Origin: Phoronis australis
Lineage: Eukaryota; Animalia; Phoronida
Length of the DNA stretch: 58,472 nt
Direction: 5' to 3'
Assembly (NCBI GenBank): GCA_002633005.1
Contig: NMRA01001084.1
Location: 1-58,472 of the forward strand
The translations under genes were made by a program, and so were the position numbers. Below the pieces are notes generated by a model, which saw only the letters and a program-made list of their open reading frames with translations, ran no database searches and was not told where the DNA came from. Positions 11,082-23,100 of this stretch are shown here, piece by piece. How positions within the stretch are numbered: the first letter of the stretch is position 1; every line of letters starts with the position of its first letter.

Positions 11082-14000
11082 AAAAATGGCGCCTGCCCAA
11101 AAACGTGCGTTTTGATGCTCTGTAAATTTTCAAAGTTATCTTCACTTTGTTGCTTGAAATGTGATGTTCAAAAAGATCCACATCATCTCCTGCGCCAAAA
11201 GACGGCGAGGAAGTGCCAGAGAATGAACCCGAGTGGTTTTCATCATTAAAAAGTGGGTTAAAAAGGTCTAATACGGAGATTACGAACGAGCTCGGTCACA
11301 TAAAACAATCGTTAAACTTAGCCTTTAACACTGCGGAAGAAGCCTTAGCAAATTCCAAACAGTGTGTGGAGAAAATTGCTGTGTAGGAGAAAGAAAACGG
11401 GTATTTGAAATCCAAAATCATATCTCTCGAAATGCATTCTAGAAGGAACAATCTCGTGTTTGTGGGTATCCCGCAATCCCAGTATATGTCGTGTGAGAAC
11501 AGTTTATCAAAAGTGCTAAAGCGATATATGGGCCTCGACAAAATCTCCTTTGAAAGATCGCACCGATTGGCGATAAAGGTACTGTCATTGCTAAGTTTTC
11601 GTTCTACAAACAACGACAAGTGTGGATGGAAAAGAGAAAGTTTCAAGGTTCGAAATTTTTTGCGAATAAGGACTTCCCACATGAGACTATTGTCAATCGA
11701 AAGCGCCTGATACCTTTTCTCAAGTCAGCGAGACGGTGCCCGCATGTAAACAAAGTATGGCTGAATAGAGATCGGTTGGTGATTGACGGCAAAACCTATA
11801 CAGTTGACGTTATGAATGAGATTCCCACCTTCAGTGAATAGTGGTGATCAAGAACTCGAGAACGATGGCGTGTAGGGCACCGAACCAACTGCTGTTCATA
11901 GATTAGTGTTTGCGGCTAAAGTCTTGTAATTAAAAGTTTCGGTATTTGGCCCTGTTTTTCTGTGCCCAAATCCTTCCAGTTATTAGTTATGAGTCCCTAT
12001 TTTCCTCCTGTAATTTTTGTAATTTTGAAAGGTCAAGACATGTAATAACATGTCCTTTATCGGATGCCTAATTTCTTTTATTTTCGTTTTGTTTATCTTT
12101 CCTTTTTTGCAGGTCTTCATGTTTTTGAATATTTTGCTTCCAGCCTTTGTAGTGCAAGTACCATTATATCATTTGCTGTTAGATTGGCGTTGTTTCATTG
12201 CATGGTCTTATACCCGTTGGACACTTAGTGTCGATATGTTTCACTGAATGTTTCATCAGAAGAATTTATTATTTGTCTTGGTTTAGGGTTCTTGTGGTTT
12301 CGGTTGTTTTTGGGATGTTTAGAACACACAATGTGATTCATTTTGTACTTAATGAGCAACGTTGTATGGTTGAGCCTAGAAGTGCCTTAATTATCTTTGT
12401 ATGGCGAACAATTTAAAAATTGCACCTTTTAACTGTAGAGGGTTAGGAACTCTGTCAAAAAGACGAGATGTTTTCTGATATATAAGGCAGCATGCGTACA
12501 ATATTTTCTGCCTACAAGATACTCACTTTACTGTTGCGGAAGAACCCATAATTCTAGCTCAGTGGGGATACGACTGTTTTTTTCAGTCATGGTCGAAGTG
12601 ATGCCAGGGGTGTTGCCATCTTGTTTAACAATTTGGTCCAAGATTTTCACCCTGATTGTCACAATTATATCTCCGTAAATAACCCTAAAGCGCGTGACCA
12701 AAGGCTGGAGATGACGGTGGCTCTTGATCTGACGGACCCATGGCGTGTTTATCATCCCTCAGCGGAAAAGTTTACATGGTCCAGGACAAATCCAGTCAAA
12801 AGGGATAGGTTAGATTATTTTCTTGTTACCCAACAATTACTCTCGCGTATCGAAAAGGTGGAAATACAGTCGGGCTACCGATCGGACCATAACAACGTCG
12901 TCTTAACTATAATTACGCTTGTAATTACGAGCGTGAATTAAATTGCAGGAGTGTCGCCGTACAATTACGCTCGTAAATTAAATGGGGAAAAGTTTCGCCG
13001 TAAAATTACGCTCGTAATTACGAGCGTAAATTAAATTGCAAAAGTGCTGCAGTAAAATTACGCTCGTAAATTAAATGGGGGAAATGTCGCCGTAAATTAC
13101 GCTCGTAAAATACCTTAAGAACGTTCCAAATTTAAACCAATCAGTGTTGACCTAACATACACGACTGTTGCTAGGCATCTTGTTCTTGCACAATCGCTGA
13201 CATTGCAGCAGCGATTTGATCCACCATGATTCAGCGCTCTAATCGTAGACATGTAACCCGTCAGTAAATAAGTATTTCCATGAGCACGCGCGACCGTGGA
13301 TTGTAAAACCCAATGTCATTGGCTAAGAGTTCATACTAAATTACGAGCGTAATTTTTGCGCCGTAAGGAATTAAATTACGCTCGTAATTTTACTGCGTAA
13401 TTAACGACGTAAATAACGGCGTAATGTATATGATTACGCTCGTATTTTTCCGGCGACACTTTCCCCCCAACGGCCCATCATACTATACAAATAACTACGT
13501 TCAAAAAAGGACCGGGGATTTGGAAATTTAATAACTCACAGGTAAAAGCCAAAGAATATATTAATCTCGTCAAGAATGAGATTTTGTGTATGAAAAAACA
13601 ATATGCTCTTACAGTATGCGATTTGAACAAAATACAAGAAAGTGACTCTGATAATCTTTAGTTTTATGTATCTGATCAATTGTTTTTGGAGACGTTATTG
13701 CTAAATTTTCGAACGGCAACTATTCCATATTGTACCTCTAAGAAAAAAGAAAAAAATAGAAAAGGAAAAGACATGGAAGATCAGTTAATGTCCTTACAAG
13801 ATAGGTGCAATGAGAGTGACGATACTGAAATTGCTGTTCTATTGGAAAATAAGAAGTCGGAATATGAGGATTATCGCAGAGAATACATGCATGGAGTAAT
13901 GGTCAGATCGAGAGCCAACTGGGTTGAAAATGGCGAAAAACCAACCAAATATTTTTTGTGCATTAGAAAAACGAAATTTTGTGAATAAGTATGTAACTAA

Positions 14001-15546
14001 GCTACTAAGCTCCAATAACGATATTATCAAGGAACAATCCGCTATCCTCTCTGAGATCACTTCTTTTTATAAAAAATTATACTCCTGTAAAGACGGCGAC
14101 CTTGTTGATGTTAATTTAAATGAATTTTTGGCATCAATGCCTAAACTGAACCAGTCTAACCGAGTCGAACTTGAAAAAATTATCACTTGAAGGAAACTCA
14201 TGCAACTCTGAAAGATTTAAAAAACAACAAAAGTCCTGTCCCAGATGGTTTCACAATAGAGTTTTTAATTTTTTTGGCCAGACCTTAGTAATAAATATTA
14301 TTTGTTCCGATCTTTTGAAGAAGGTATCAATAATGGAGAATTATCTACAATGCAAAAACATGGTATTTTCTCCATAATACCAAAATAAAATAAACCAAGA
14401 GAATTCATAAAAAATTGGCGTCCAATTTCACCATTAAATATTACTTACAAATTTTGTCTGGTTGTATTGCAAAACGCCTAAAAGCGTCCTCGGACCCTTT
14501 ATTCACGAGAACCAACAAGGTTTCATGAAAGGCAGATATATTGGGGAAAACATAAGAATTTTATATGATGTAATTCAATTTTTAGATTGTAAACCCTTTC
14601 CCGGACTCCTCTTTATGATCGATTTTGAAAAAGCTTTCGACTCGGTTTCCAGGTCTTTGAGCCTCAAGGCATTATTAAACTTTAACTTTGGCCCAAGGTT
14701 CATTGACACGGTCAAAACACTCAACAGCGAATCTTGTCTTTGTGATCTCCAACATGGATTTTTCTCTGAATTTTTTTTAAATGGGGAGAGGCTGTCGTCA
14801 AGAAGACCCTATTTCTCCTGACCTTTTTGTATTATGTGTAGAAATATTGGGTAATTTAATTCGTCGGGATGATGGCATTACTGGGATCAGGATAGGTGTT
14901 TCTGAGTTTAAACTGATCCAGTACGCTGACGACACTTGCTTAATTTTGGACGATTCTGAGTTATCTCTTAGATCATCTTTGAATTTAATAGACCAATTTG
15001 CGAAATTTCTGGTTTGAAGCCAAACATCGAGAAAACAAGATGTGTTTGGATTGGTTCAAAAAAGACTCTGACGAAAAACTTTGTGTCAATGAGAACCTGT
15101 TATGGACCAACAAACTTTTCATGTCAGTTTTTGGGAATCAACTTCTCCACTGATTATAATACAATGACGGGTATTAACTATAGTTGCAGGCTTTTGGAAA
15201 TTAAGAAAATGGTGGGCTCTTGGTCAAGAAGAATTCTTACTGTTCTAGGTAAAATAACCGTGATTAAGACACTTTTATTGTCCAAAATTGTTCATTTACT
15301 TCAATCTCTCCCTAGCCCCTCCATTGACATGATTCAAGAATTAGAGCGAGTTTTCTTTGACTTCATTTGAAATGGGAAGAATGACAGAGTTAGCCGAAAT
15401 GAAATTGTACAAAATCAAGATCTTGGTGGTTTAAAAATGGTTTATGTTAGTTTTTTATTAATGTTATTCTTTTTAAACGATGTATACTGTATTGTTTTAT
15501 GTGACATGTAATTATCGTGCTAAAGCAAAATAAAATATGAAAAAAA
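11082..15546 (+). mobile_element. Decayed L1/Tx1-clade non-LTR retrotransposon (ORF1 ~11160-11841; ORF2 APE endonuclease + reverse transcriptase ~12400-15450)
   Basis: ORF1: LEMHSRRNNLVFVGIP, FANKDFP. EN: FNCRGL, IFCLQDTH, DPWR..HP, FTW, RLDYFL, SDH. Linker: WKFNNS, RSRANW...GEKPTKYF. RT: KNWRPIS, NQQGF..GRYI, IDFEKAFDS, GCRQEDPISP, QYADD. Many stops and frameshifts; A-rich tail at 15527-15546; 5' end aaaatggcg. Confidence 0.92.
12912..13481. mobile_element. 570-bp insertion in LINE ORF2 with aattacgctcgtaa subrepeats in both orientations
   Basis: Removing it restores SDHNNVVLTI-QITTFKKGPGIWKFNNS. It is flanked by ACTATA at 12906-12911 and 13482-13487; right end ccaacggcccatcata resembles 23163-23179. 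Confidence 0.8.
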
Positions 15547-17141
15547 GATTTTTACCAGGAAACAATTGTACTTAACTTGTGCCCACATTTCATTTTTATT
15601 ACTGACAAGGAGCTAGATTAGTATAAAATCAGTTCCACCGAAATTGTCCAGAGATTCAAAATCTTCAGTTTGGTTATCATCATATTTGCACTTCTGTGTA
15701 TATTTCATAATTTGAATTCTAATAAAGATTAAACTTTAATGACACGTGAAATATTTAGTGTACTTGTAATGTGGAAAGATCAGGGATGGGCTCACAATGA
15801 ACATTTAACCAATTAAATTTCGCTGGCGATTAAAATCTACCACTGTTTTGATACTTCAAGTTAGATAAAAAGTTATCAACCCGTTCCTGGTAAGAAAAAA
15901 AAAACAAGTGGACAGAAGCATTAAAAATTAAATAACGAAAACCAATAATGAAACATATCGTTCCTTCGGAAGTGTCCCTATGTGAAGACAAACACAAGTT
16001 AACCTTTTTAGTCATTTTGTAATATTTATAATGTACCAAGTTAAAACTACTCTCCAGAGTTGCTGGCTGTAACTCTTCAAATGTCAGAGAAAACCAAATT
16101 AGGGGTACTAACAAAAACCATTGTTGAGACAGTAATGCTAGCTATTACCTTTCCACTTCATTAGCTCAGATCTATATCAATACAAAGGGCGTGCTCAATA
16201 AGCATCGTAAAAGTTGTCTGGGCGGTGACTAGTGTAAGCGAGAAATTCTCCACTTCTTTCAGTACATCGTCATCCATGTTTTAGGCATGATTAATGATTT
16301 GTCACATCCACTAGTTGTTTCACCACCTTGTGTGCCCTCTGTGGTTGGAGTTAAAAATTCAAAGAGACTCCCCATGGGAAGAGTCATGAATTGCTAAGTT
16401 CTCACGTCCACTGATGGTGCACAGAACTGTCCATATCATCAACATATTTTATGATGCAGTCTTTGGTTAAAGCTCCTATACTGAGACAAAATGCTCACCC
16501 GTGCATATGGGCTACTAAAAAGTGCCATTCTCTCTTGGACATACTAACAGAAAAAAAAACAAATCAAATTTCCTTGCATCAGGCTATTATTATAACTCCA
16601 GTCCAGGTTATTCAGTTCCAGCTAAAAATAGAACATTACATGATAGAATTACAATTAGCAATCAAAATCCATTACTATTTCTTAAATTTAACTACGTCCA
16701 GTACATTCTACAAGAGCACGATCTCACTGTCGCAGAATAACTACTCTGCACTGTCATGTGAATAACAGGAATCAGTGTGCGTCTGAGGCTGCATCCACTT
16801 TCACGACAGACGTCGCTCTAGTCGGCAGGCTGACGCGCTAGTGTTGGCTTACAAAGTAAAGGAGTGGGCTGCATCGAGTAGCTCACGCGTAACGCTAATA
16901 ATGCTAGCCGATTTAGCAGACTTCATGAACAATTTGTTTCCAACTTTTGACTCAAGATGAGCGAGGGTTGCAGCTTATCTTGTCTCAAAGATTTAAGTGA
17001 TGTAGAAGCAGCGTGGTGTTGACCCATAAATTAATTGAACCACTGGCATGAATTTTAGACTAGACGCACCAATTGACTCGTATCAACAATCCTTTAAATC
17101 ATTTACCAGATAGAGAAAGCTAATTGTTATTAATGCTCAAG

Positions 17142-20100
17142 TTATTCTCTATTTTGTTCACGTTTTAGTTTTGACAGAGCAGCGATTCTTTTGTCCCTCC
17201 ACTGGCGACGCTCTTGAAGTTTTTCGAGAGGCACCTTCGCACATAGTGCCTCGTGTATTTTTGTCATATTGTCACCCTTCCACTCAGGTGCAGGTCCAAA
17301 AGACTGTGTCAGCTTGTGAATGCTATCGCCGTAACGGTCGCAAAAACTCAGCCAACCTGTGAAATACAAATAAGCAAAGGTTAAAGCTAAATTTCGCATT
17401 AAAAACATCAACTTCGTCTTCAGGGGTATTTTGTCTTACCATGCAATGGCACTACGCTCTTATCATTTGTTTGAATAGAAAAAATATATCGCCTAAAATT
17501 CTGTTGATGGCCTGATACTACATTTGGTGACTGAAAACAAGCCCTCTAAGTGGTAAGACCGAAAAAGTAACACAATAAGACTGGTTTTATGTCAATATTT
17601 TGCCTTAAGGTAAATCTTCTGAAAGTGCGAATTAATTGCCCCTTTAAACAAACAGATCTTTTAAAGAGGTATGGGACGTTAGAAATAGACTATATTGTAG
17701 TTCTCTGCCACTGAAACACGTACTTGAATCCAACCTGTTCATTAGGTATTGTTACGGTTTGTTCGTAAAAATTTTGTGAATGTCAAAGCATTTTTCTTAT
17801 TGTTGAAACTTTCAAAAAAAAAACAACCTGTCAATTGCTTGCCACTTCGTTGATTTTTCTCCGGTAAGGCAAAGCACTGACATGTGCTTATTCGGTATGG
17901 CAAGACATTTTCCTTCTACGGAAAATATGACATTTGACCGTTGATGTAAACAAAACATTGGCGACTTCAAGAAGCAGCCAGTCCGTATTAAGAAGCAATT
18001 CATTAAGTCCTAACTGTTTAAAATTAATTGTAAAGGTATCGTAGTTTTCAAATGTAATCTAAAATGCACTTGTATTGAATGCTTTTTGGGAAATCGCCTG
18101 CTTCACTGGCTTGCCTCATACTGTGAAGTCGACTTCAGTTTCGGAGAACGACCACACATGATACTCTGCCGCTAATATCAATCTGATCAGTCAGCTGTTT
18201 CTCCAATGACTGTGAGTGCGCGCATTTCATGATAAGTGCGAAGAAGATTACAAATTCTGAGGAGACCCAGCCTAAAACTGGGAGTCTTCGAATTTTTGAG
18301 TACATGAGTTTTTTACTAAGATTCACAGGTACGTTCAGAGCTATGAATTGCACATTTGCCGAATTTTGGTAGTTCCTGCCTTTTGGTGCTGGTACTTTCG
18401 TCTCGTTTTCTACTTTTTTCGGAGTTTTTGTTTCTCTGAGGCGGACCTGTTTGCACTAACGGGGGAGCTCATTTGCGCCCCCCGAGCCCCCCCCCGGGTG
18501 CGCGCACGATTTTGTGATTTTTTCTGGAAATTCCTCGCAAGAAATAGTGAATGACTCTGTTGCAGACGTTGCGAGATGGTACTTTCGTCAGGATTGTTTA
18601 AAAGATATTTTTAACAAGCTTTCGCTTTCTATGCCACGAAATACATACCGACGCATGAGCATCAGACAAAAACTTAGCAACATTATTCAGTAGAAATTCT
18701 ATAACTTATGACATTGCAGTGTTTCTTCAGTCAAGTCAAACCAATATAAGCTGAACACAGTTTGGTCACAGCTTTGCCTTGTGGTTATCTCAAGATGGCG
18801 ATTGTAAGGACATTATGAGAATCACAAACCCGACCATGTCATGAATTTGAGAATACAAATGAATCAAAAAGCAGGAGATGAATGGACTGCTAGAGTGGCA
18901 TCAGGAGCAACTTAACTGATGCATTAATCTTTACTTGATATCCTAACTCATAATATACTACAAATTCACTGCACGGAAATTAAATATGAAGAGCAACACA
19001 GGGGTGGATACAGGATTTTGAGTTGGGGGGGGGCAGGGCAGAATAATCATAATTTTGCCACATGCATGCGCACAGCCTAAAATGTAGGGATGCAGGAATC
19101 TCGAATATCTGGGTTTGTGGGCCTTATTACTAAAAAAAAAACCCGGTAAATAGGGTTTGTTCAAGGCCTATGCATTGTGCATTGCCCACCCAAATGGTAT
19201 CTGGGAGAATTTTAGGGGGGGGGGGAGCATGAGAAGTTTATGACAAAAATGATGAAGTAGTCTTTGCTCACAAACCCTCGAAACTTTTCTGTCCAAGAAC
19301 AACAAAACAAACATTACTGCTGCAAATCATAACCAGTTATAGCGCACACTGCTCAATACAGGGGCTGTAAACCTACCATCTGCATTCAAGGAAGCAGTTT
19401 CCATGGGTCCCATGAAGGCATATCGCAGACCCAGTCCCTCACTCATACCAAGATCAATGTCTTCCACAGACATGACGTCATCCTAATGAAATATTGCCAA
19501 ATATTGAGCGACTACCCAACAATGTAGCAATTGTCAATTCCTAGACTGGAGTATAATTATCTCAGAAATAGGCATGCGAGCCTAAATACGTTAATTATAC
19601 CTTAATTAAAGTGTTAAAGGCTGTATTAACAGATTCAAATCCAAGTAGGTGTTCTTGTTTACCTATCAATTTTCCATTTCAGTACTCTGGTACATTCAAC
19701 GGTGGCTATATATTAAAGTACATCCCAAGGGATTCATTGAAATCAAATGAATTTCCTAATACTGTAAAAACAATTAATGATACGCACAGCGACAAGCCTC
19801 AAACATTCGGCAAGCAGAGCGTGTTGAAGGCGATTCAAAACAAATCCATAAATCTCCTTCTTCAGCACAACTGGTCGCTGTCCAACTTGCAGCCATATTT
19901 GACGAGCACGTTGTACAATAGTATCGTCAGTCCAGGGTGCACCACAAAGCTCTATGAGAGGGCAGTAGTATGGAGGATTGGTCTGGAATAATAACATTGT
20001 TTACAATGAGAAAAGTCAACATATTTTTTCCCAATACTGACTGTTCACAAGCGTTTTGGCTAACATTTTCGCTTGTAGCAAAGCGTAACTTTCTAAGGTG

Positions 20101-23100
20101 CTTTGTTGGAGGTTTGAGTTACCCCAAATTGCCAGGTTTTTTTATTAGCAATTCTGTAGCCAGAAGTAAACGTACAACATACACAGAGGAAGGAGGCCTT
20201 GTTTGTTTGTCGGTTGCATTAATCGATTTATGGTAGAGAATAAACGAGTTCTGAAAAATTTAACTGTAATTGGCGAAAAATTCAAGTGTTGCGAAAATGC
20301 CCTCCTTGGGGACAACTCATTTGTCTGGCTAAAACGCTAGCATTTTCGCAAGGCGTTATCCAGTGAAACTGCGACCGTTTTGTCACTCTTGTGAACCTAT
20401 ATTAGACCCAAAATTTGATATCAAATGTAAATTAAACCCACCTAGTATAATGAACGAGCTATAAGCCCGCCATTCATAAAAACGGCTTAGGCCCACTAAT
20501 AGCTATGAACTGTCGTGTTCATCACACAGAATTAGAGGTGATATCGGGACTTAGAAATAACTGCTAGTGTTTTTGCCACTCTTGTGAGCATTATATTACA
20601 CAGAAAATTTGACATTAAAAGGAAATCAAACCAACCTTATATATACCTCAGCCTATTAAAACATCTATGAACTCCCCTTCCTCAAAAATGGATCGACCAC
20701 TTAGAACATTGGTCTCGACTGTCTTGCTCATTGCTCAGCAAACTGAAGGTGATTGCCGGGCTCGGAAAGAATTGGCTGTTTGTTATTGCATTAGAGCAAG
20801 CTCAACAAGTTGGTTTGTTACAACAAGCATGACCTCAAGCAATAATGATTTCCCACTTCTTTCAAAATCAACAAAACAATTTTAATCCGAGTAAGTAACA
20901 ATTAAGTTGAAACCAGCTGTAGAGCATAAGTGGTCTAAACCGAAAGTTTGTTTCTTTTCAAAACCGGTAAAACAATGTAAAAAAATTATTGCCCAACTTC
21001 TGAACTTCATGAAAGATCCAGTTTTATTGTTAATAAAAGAAGATTTAATACTTTCCTTTTGGACCTTCTCTGCTGTCAAAAATTTGGACTTAAATAAGGA
21101 TTTTGGTTTTACTTGGCCACATAAAGTAATCCCCTTTTTTCATCTCAACAAAGATCGAACTAGTTCCATGAAAAGGACCCTTGTAGTGATCTCTTCCCAG
21201 CCATTTCAGTTTCAAAACCATACTCACAGGATGTGACACCATCATCTGACTACGATGTTTCATGTTCTCAGAAATCTTAGATGGACGAATCATACTTGTT
21301 GAACTTGACAGAATCATCTTGTCAGACGCAACTTCATCTAACTGCAGGAACACCTTCTTCTTTAATTCAAGATTTTCAGGCACACACTCCTGGACAATGA
21401 GAAAATAAAAACTCACCAGTACTGACTCAGTCTAATGGTAGTAGCGGCAGAGAAGTTTAAAATGATTAAAGCATTATTCGTCTTTTTGTAAAAACACGAA
21501 AAAAGTCGTTAGTCCAGCATATTGTAACCAAAATTGGTAAACTTTTACTGCAAGAATATTATTTAGGCCAAAAATTCACAATTGGTTCTAGTCTAAGCTT
21601 GGCGTATTTTAAAACCTAAACTTCATTGCTTGAAGAAATAAAAAATGCCATTTGCATCACTTATATCGAAGTTCTTTTTTAAAATTTACTCAAATCTATG
21701 TATTAAGACAGCACTTGAAAAAGTGGCTGGCTTAGCAACTTAACGACAATCACCTCGTTTATAAACTTCATTGATTAAAAATGAGGTTCCAAAGCAAGTA
21801 GCTCAGTTTTTAGTCAAAAAGAAAACAGGCCAGATCTCAGGGAATATCATTTTTGGCCTTGTATCTGTTCTCTGTTTCATCCATTATCAAAAGTTTTGTA
21901 GTTGGCGACAAGGGGGCTTTTTGATAAAAAGTCACTTAAGACTCAAGTCATAAATTTAGTCTTGCCCTCCGCACACCTATTTCTGAAAAATTATTAAATC
22001 TCACTTGAGAAAAAGTGCAACGCAGAGCGTTGAAATGCGCCCACAACTGCACCGCAAACGGTGTGCGTCTAGGGGTGTTTATTTGTATAATAAAATGGCC
22101 ATTAGGTGGCTCAAAATACATTGAACCCATCCAAAATGCGAAGGAGTCGTTGTCTCCCACAATTATTTGCCAAATTTAATGAAAATCCGTTAAAGAACTC
22201 ACAAAGATACAAAGGCAAGGTTAAAAAAAGCCATTAGGAACCGCAGTAGTTGAATCTATCCATCTGTTATCAAGTTAATAGAAATAAAATTGTAAAATTT
22301 CAAAGGCATTTTGCACGGTGTTTAGGAGATACAGCCGCAGATGCGAAAAATGTCACTAGGAGGCACCACAGTAATTGGACCCGTTTGAAAATCCATGTTA
22401 GTCATGCTCTTGTCAGTAGGAACACATCTGCCAGTTTTCGTAATGATTCTTTGCGCGGCTTGGCACATACGGAAGCAAACAACAAAAAAGACTAAAAAGT
22501 TATTAAAATGGTCATTGGTTGGTGCAGAATACCTTGAATCCATCACAAAAAGGAGAGATGCTGTCGTCTTCATAATAGACATTTGTTTGCCCAATTTCAC
22601 GAAAAAGCAGGCCCGTAGCCAGGGGGGTTCCATTGAACCCCCCGCGGAAAAAGTCGAGCCCAAGCCTATCCGTTAGCGATGGGGTATAGATGCCCAACAA
22701 CAGTAACAACAACAAAATTGTTGTAGCTACTGGTAGTATTAACTATATTTATGACTAAGTTAGACGAATTTGCTTCTGATTCAAAGCGCTCAAGGCCCAA
22801 ATTCACCCGAGTTGTATTTGCGCTGATGACAGGATCGTACAGACGATTAAAGGAGGCTTTATGTAACTCATTGGCATTAAACGTGCGTGGTTGCAACACC
22901 ATTTTCATCGCTGTTAAATTACGTGCGTAAGTTGATTCTTGTTAGAGGCGTAAAGTAATTATTTACGCCGTAAAATAATTATTACATTACGACGTAAAGT
23001 AAGTATTTGCGCGCTAAAAGTTACCTTACGCCGCAAATATTTACTTTACGCCGCAAATAATTACTTTATGCCACAAATAATTTATTTATGCCGCACTTAA

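Larger units (their letters stand above)
10651..16251. mobile_element. Copy 2 of the 1.4-kb TIR element, split by the LINE (10651-11081 and 15547-16251)
   Basis: Direct alignment to 7266-7865 and 7866-8631. Confidence 0.7.
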
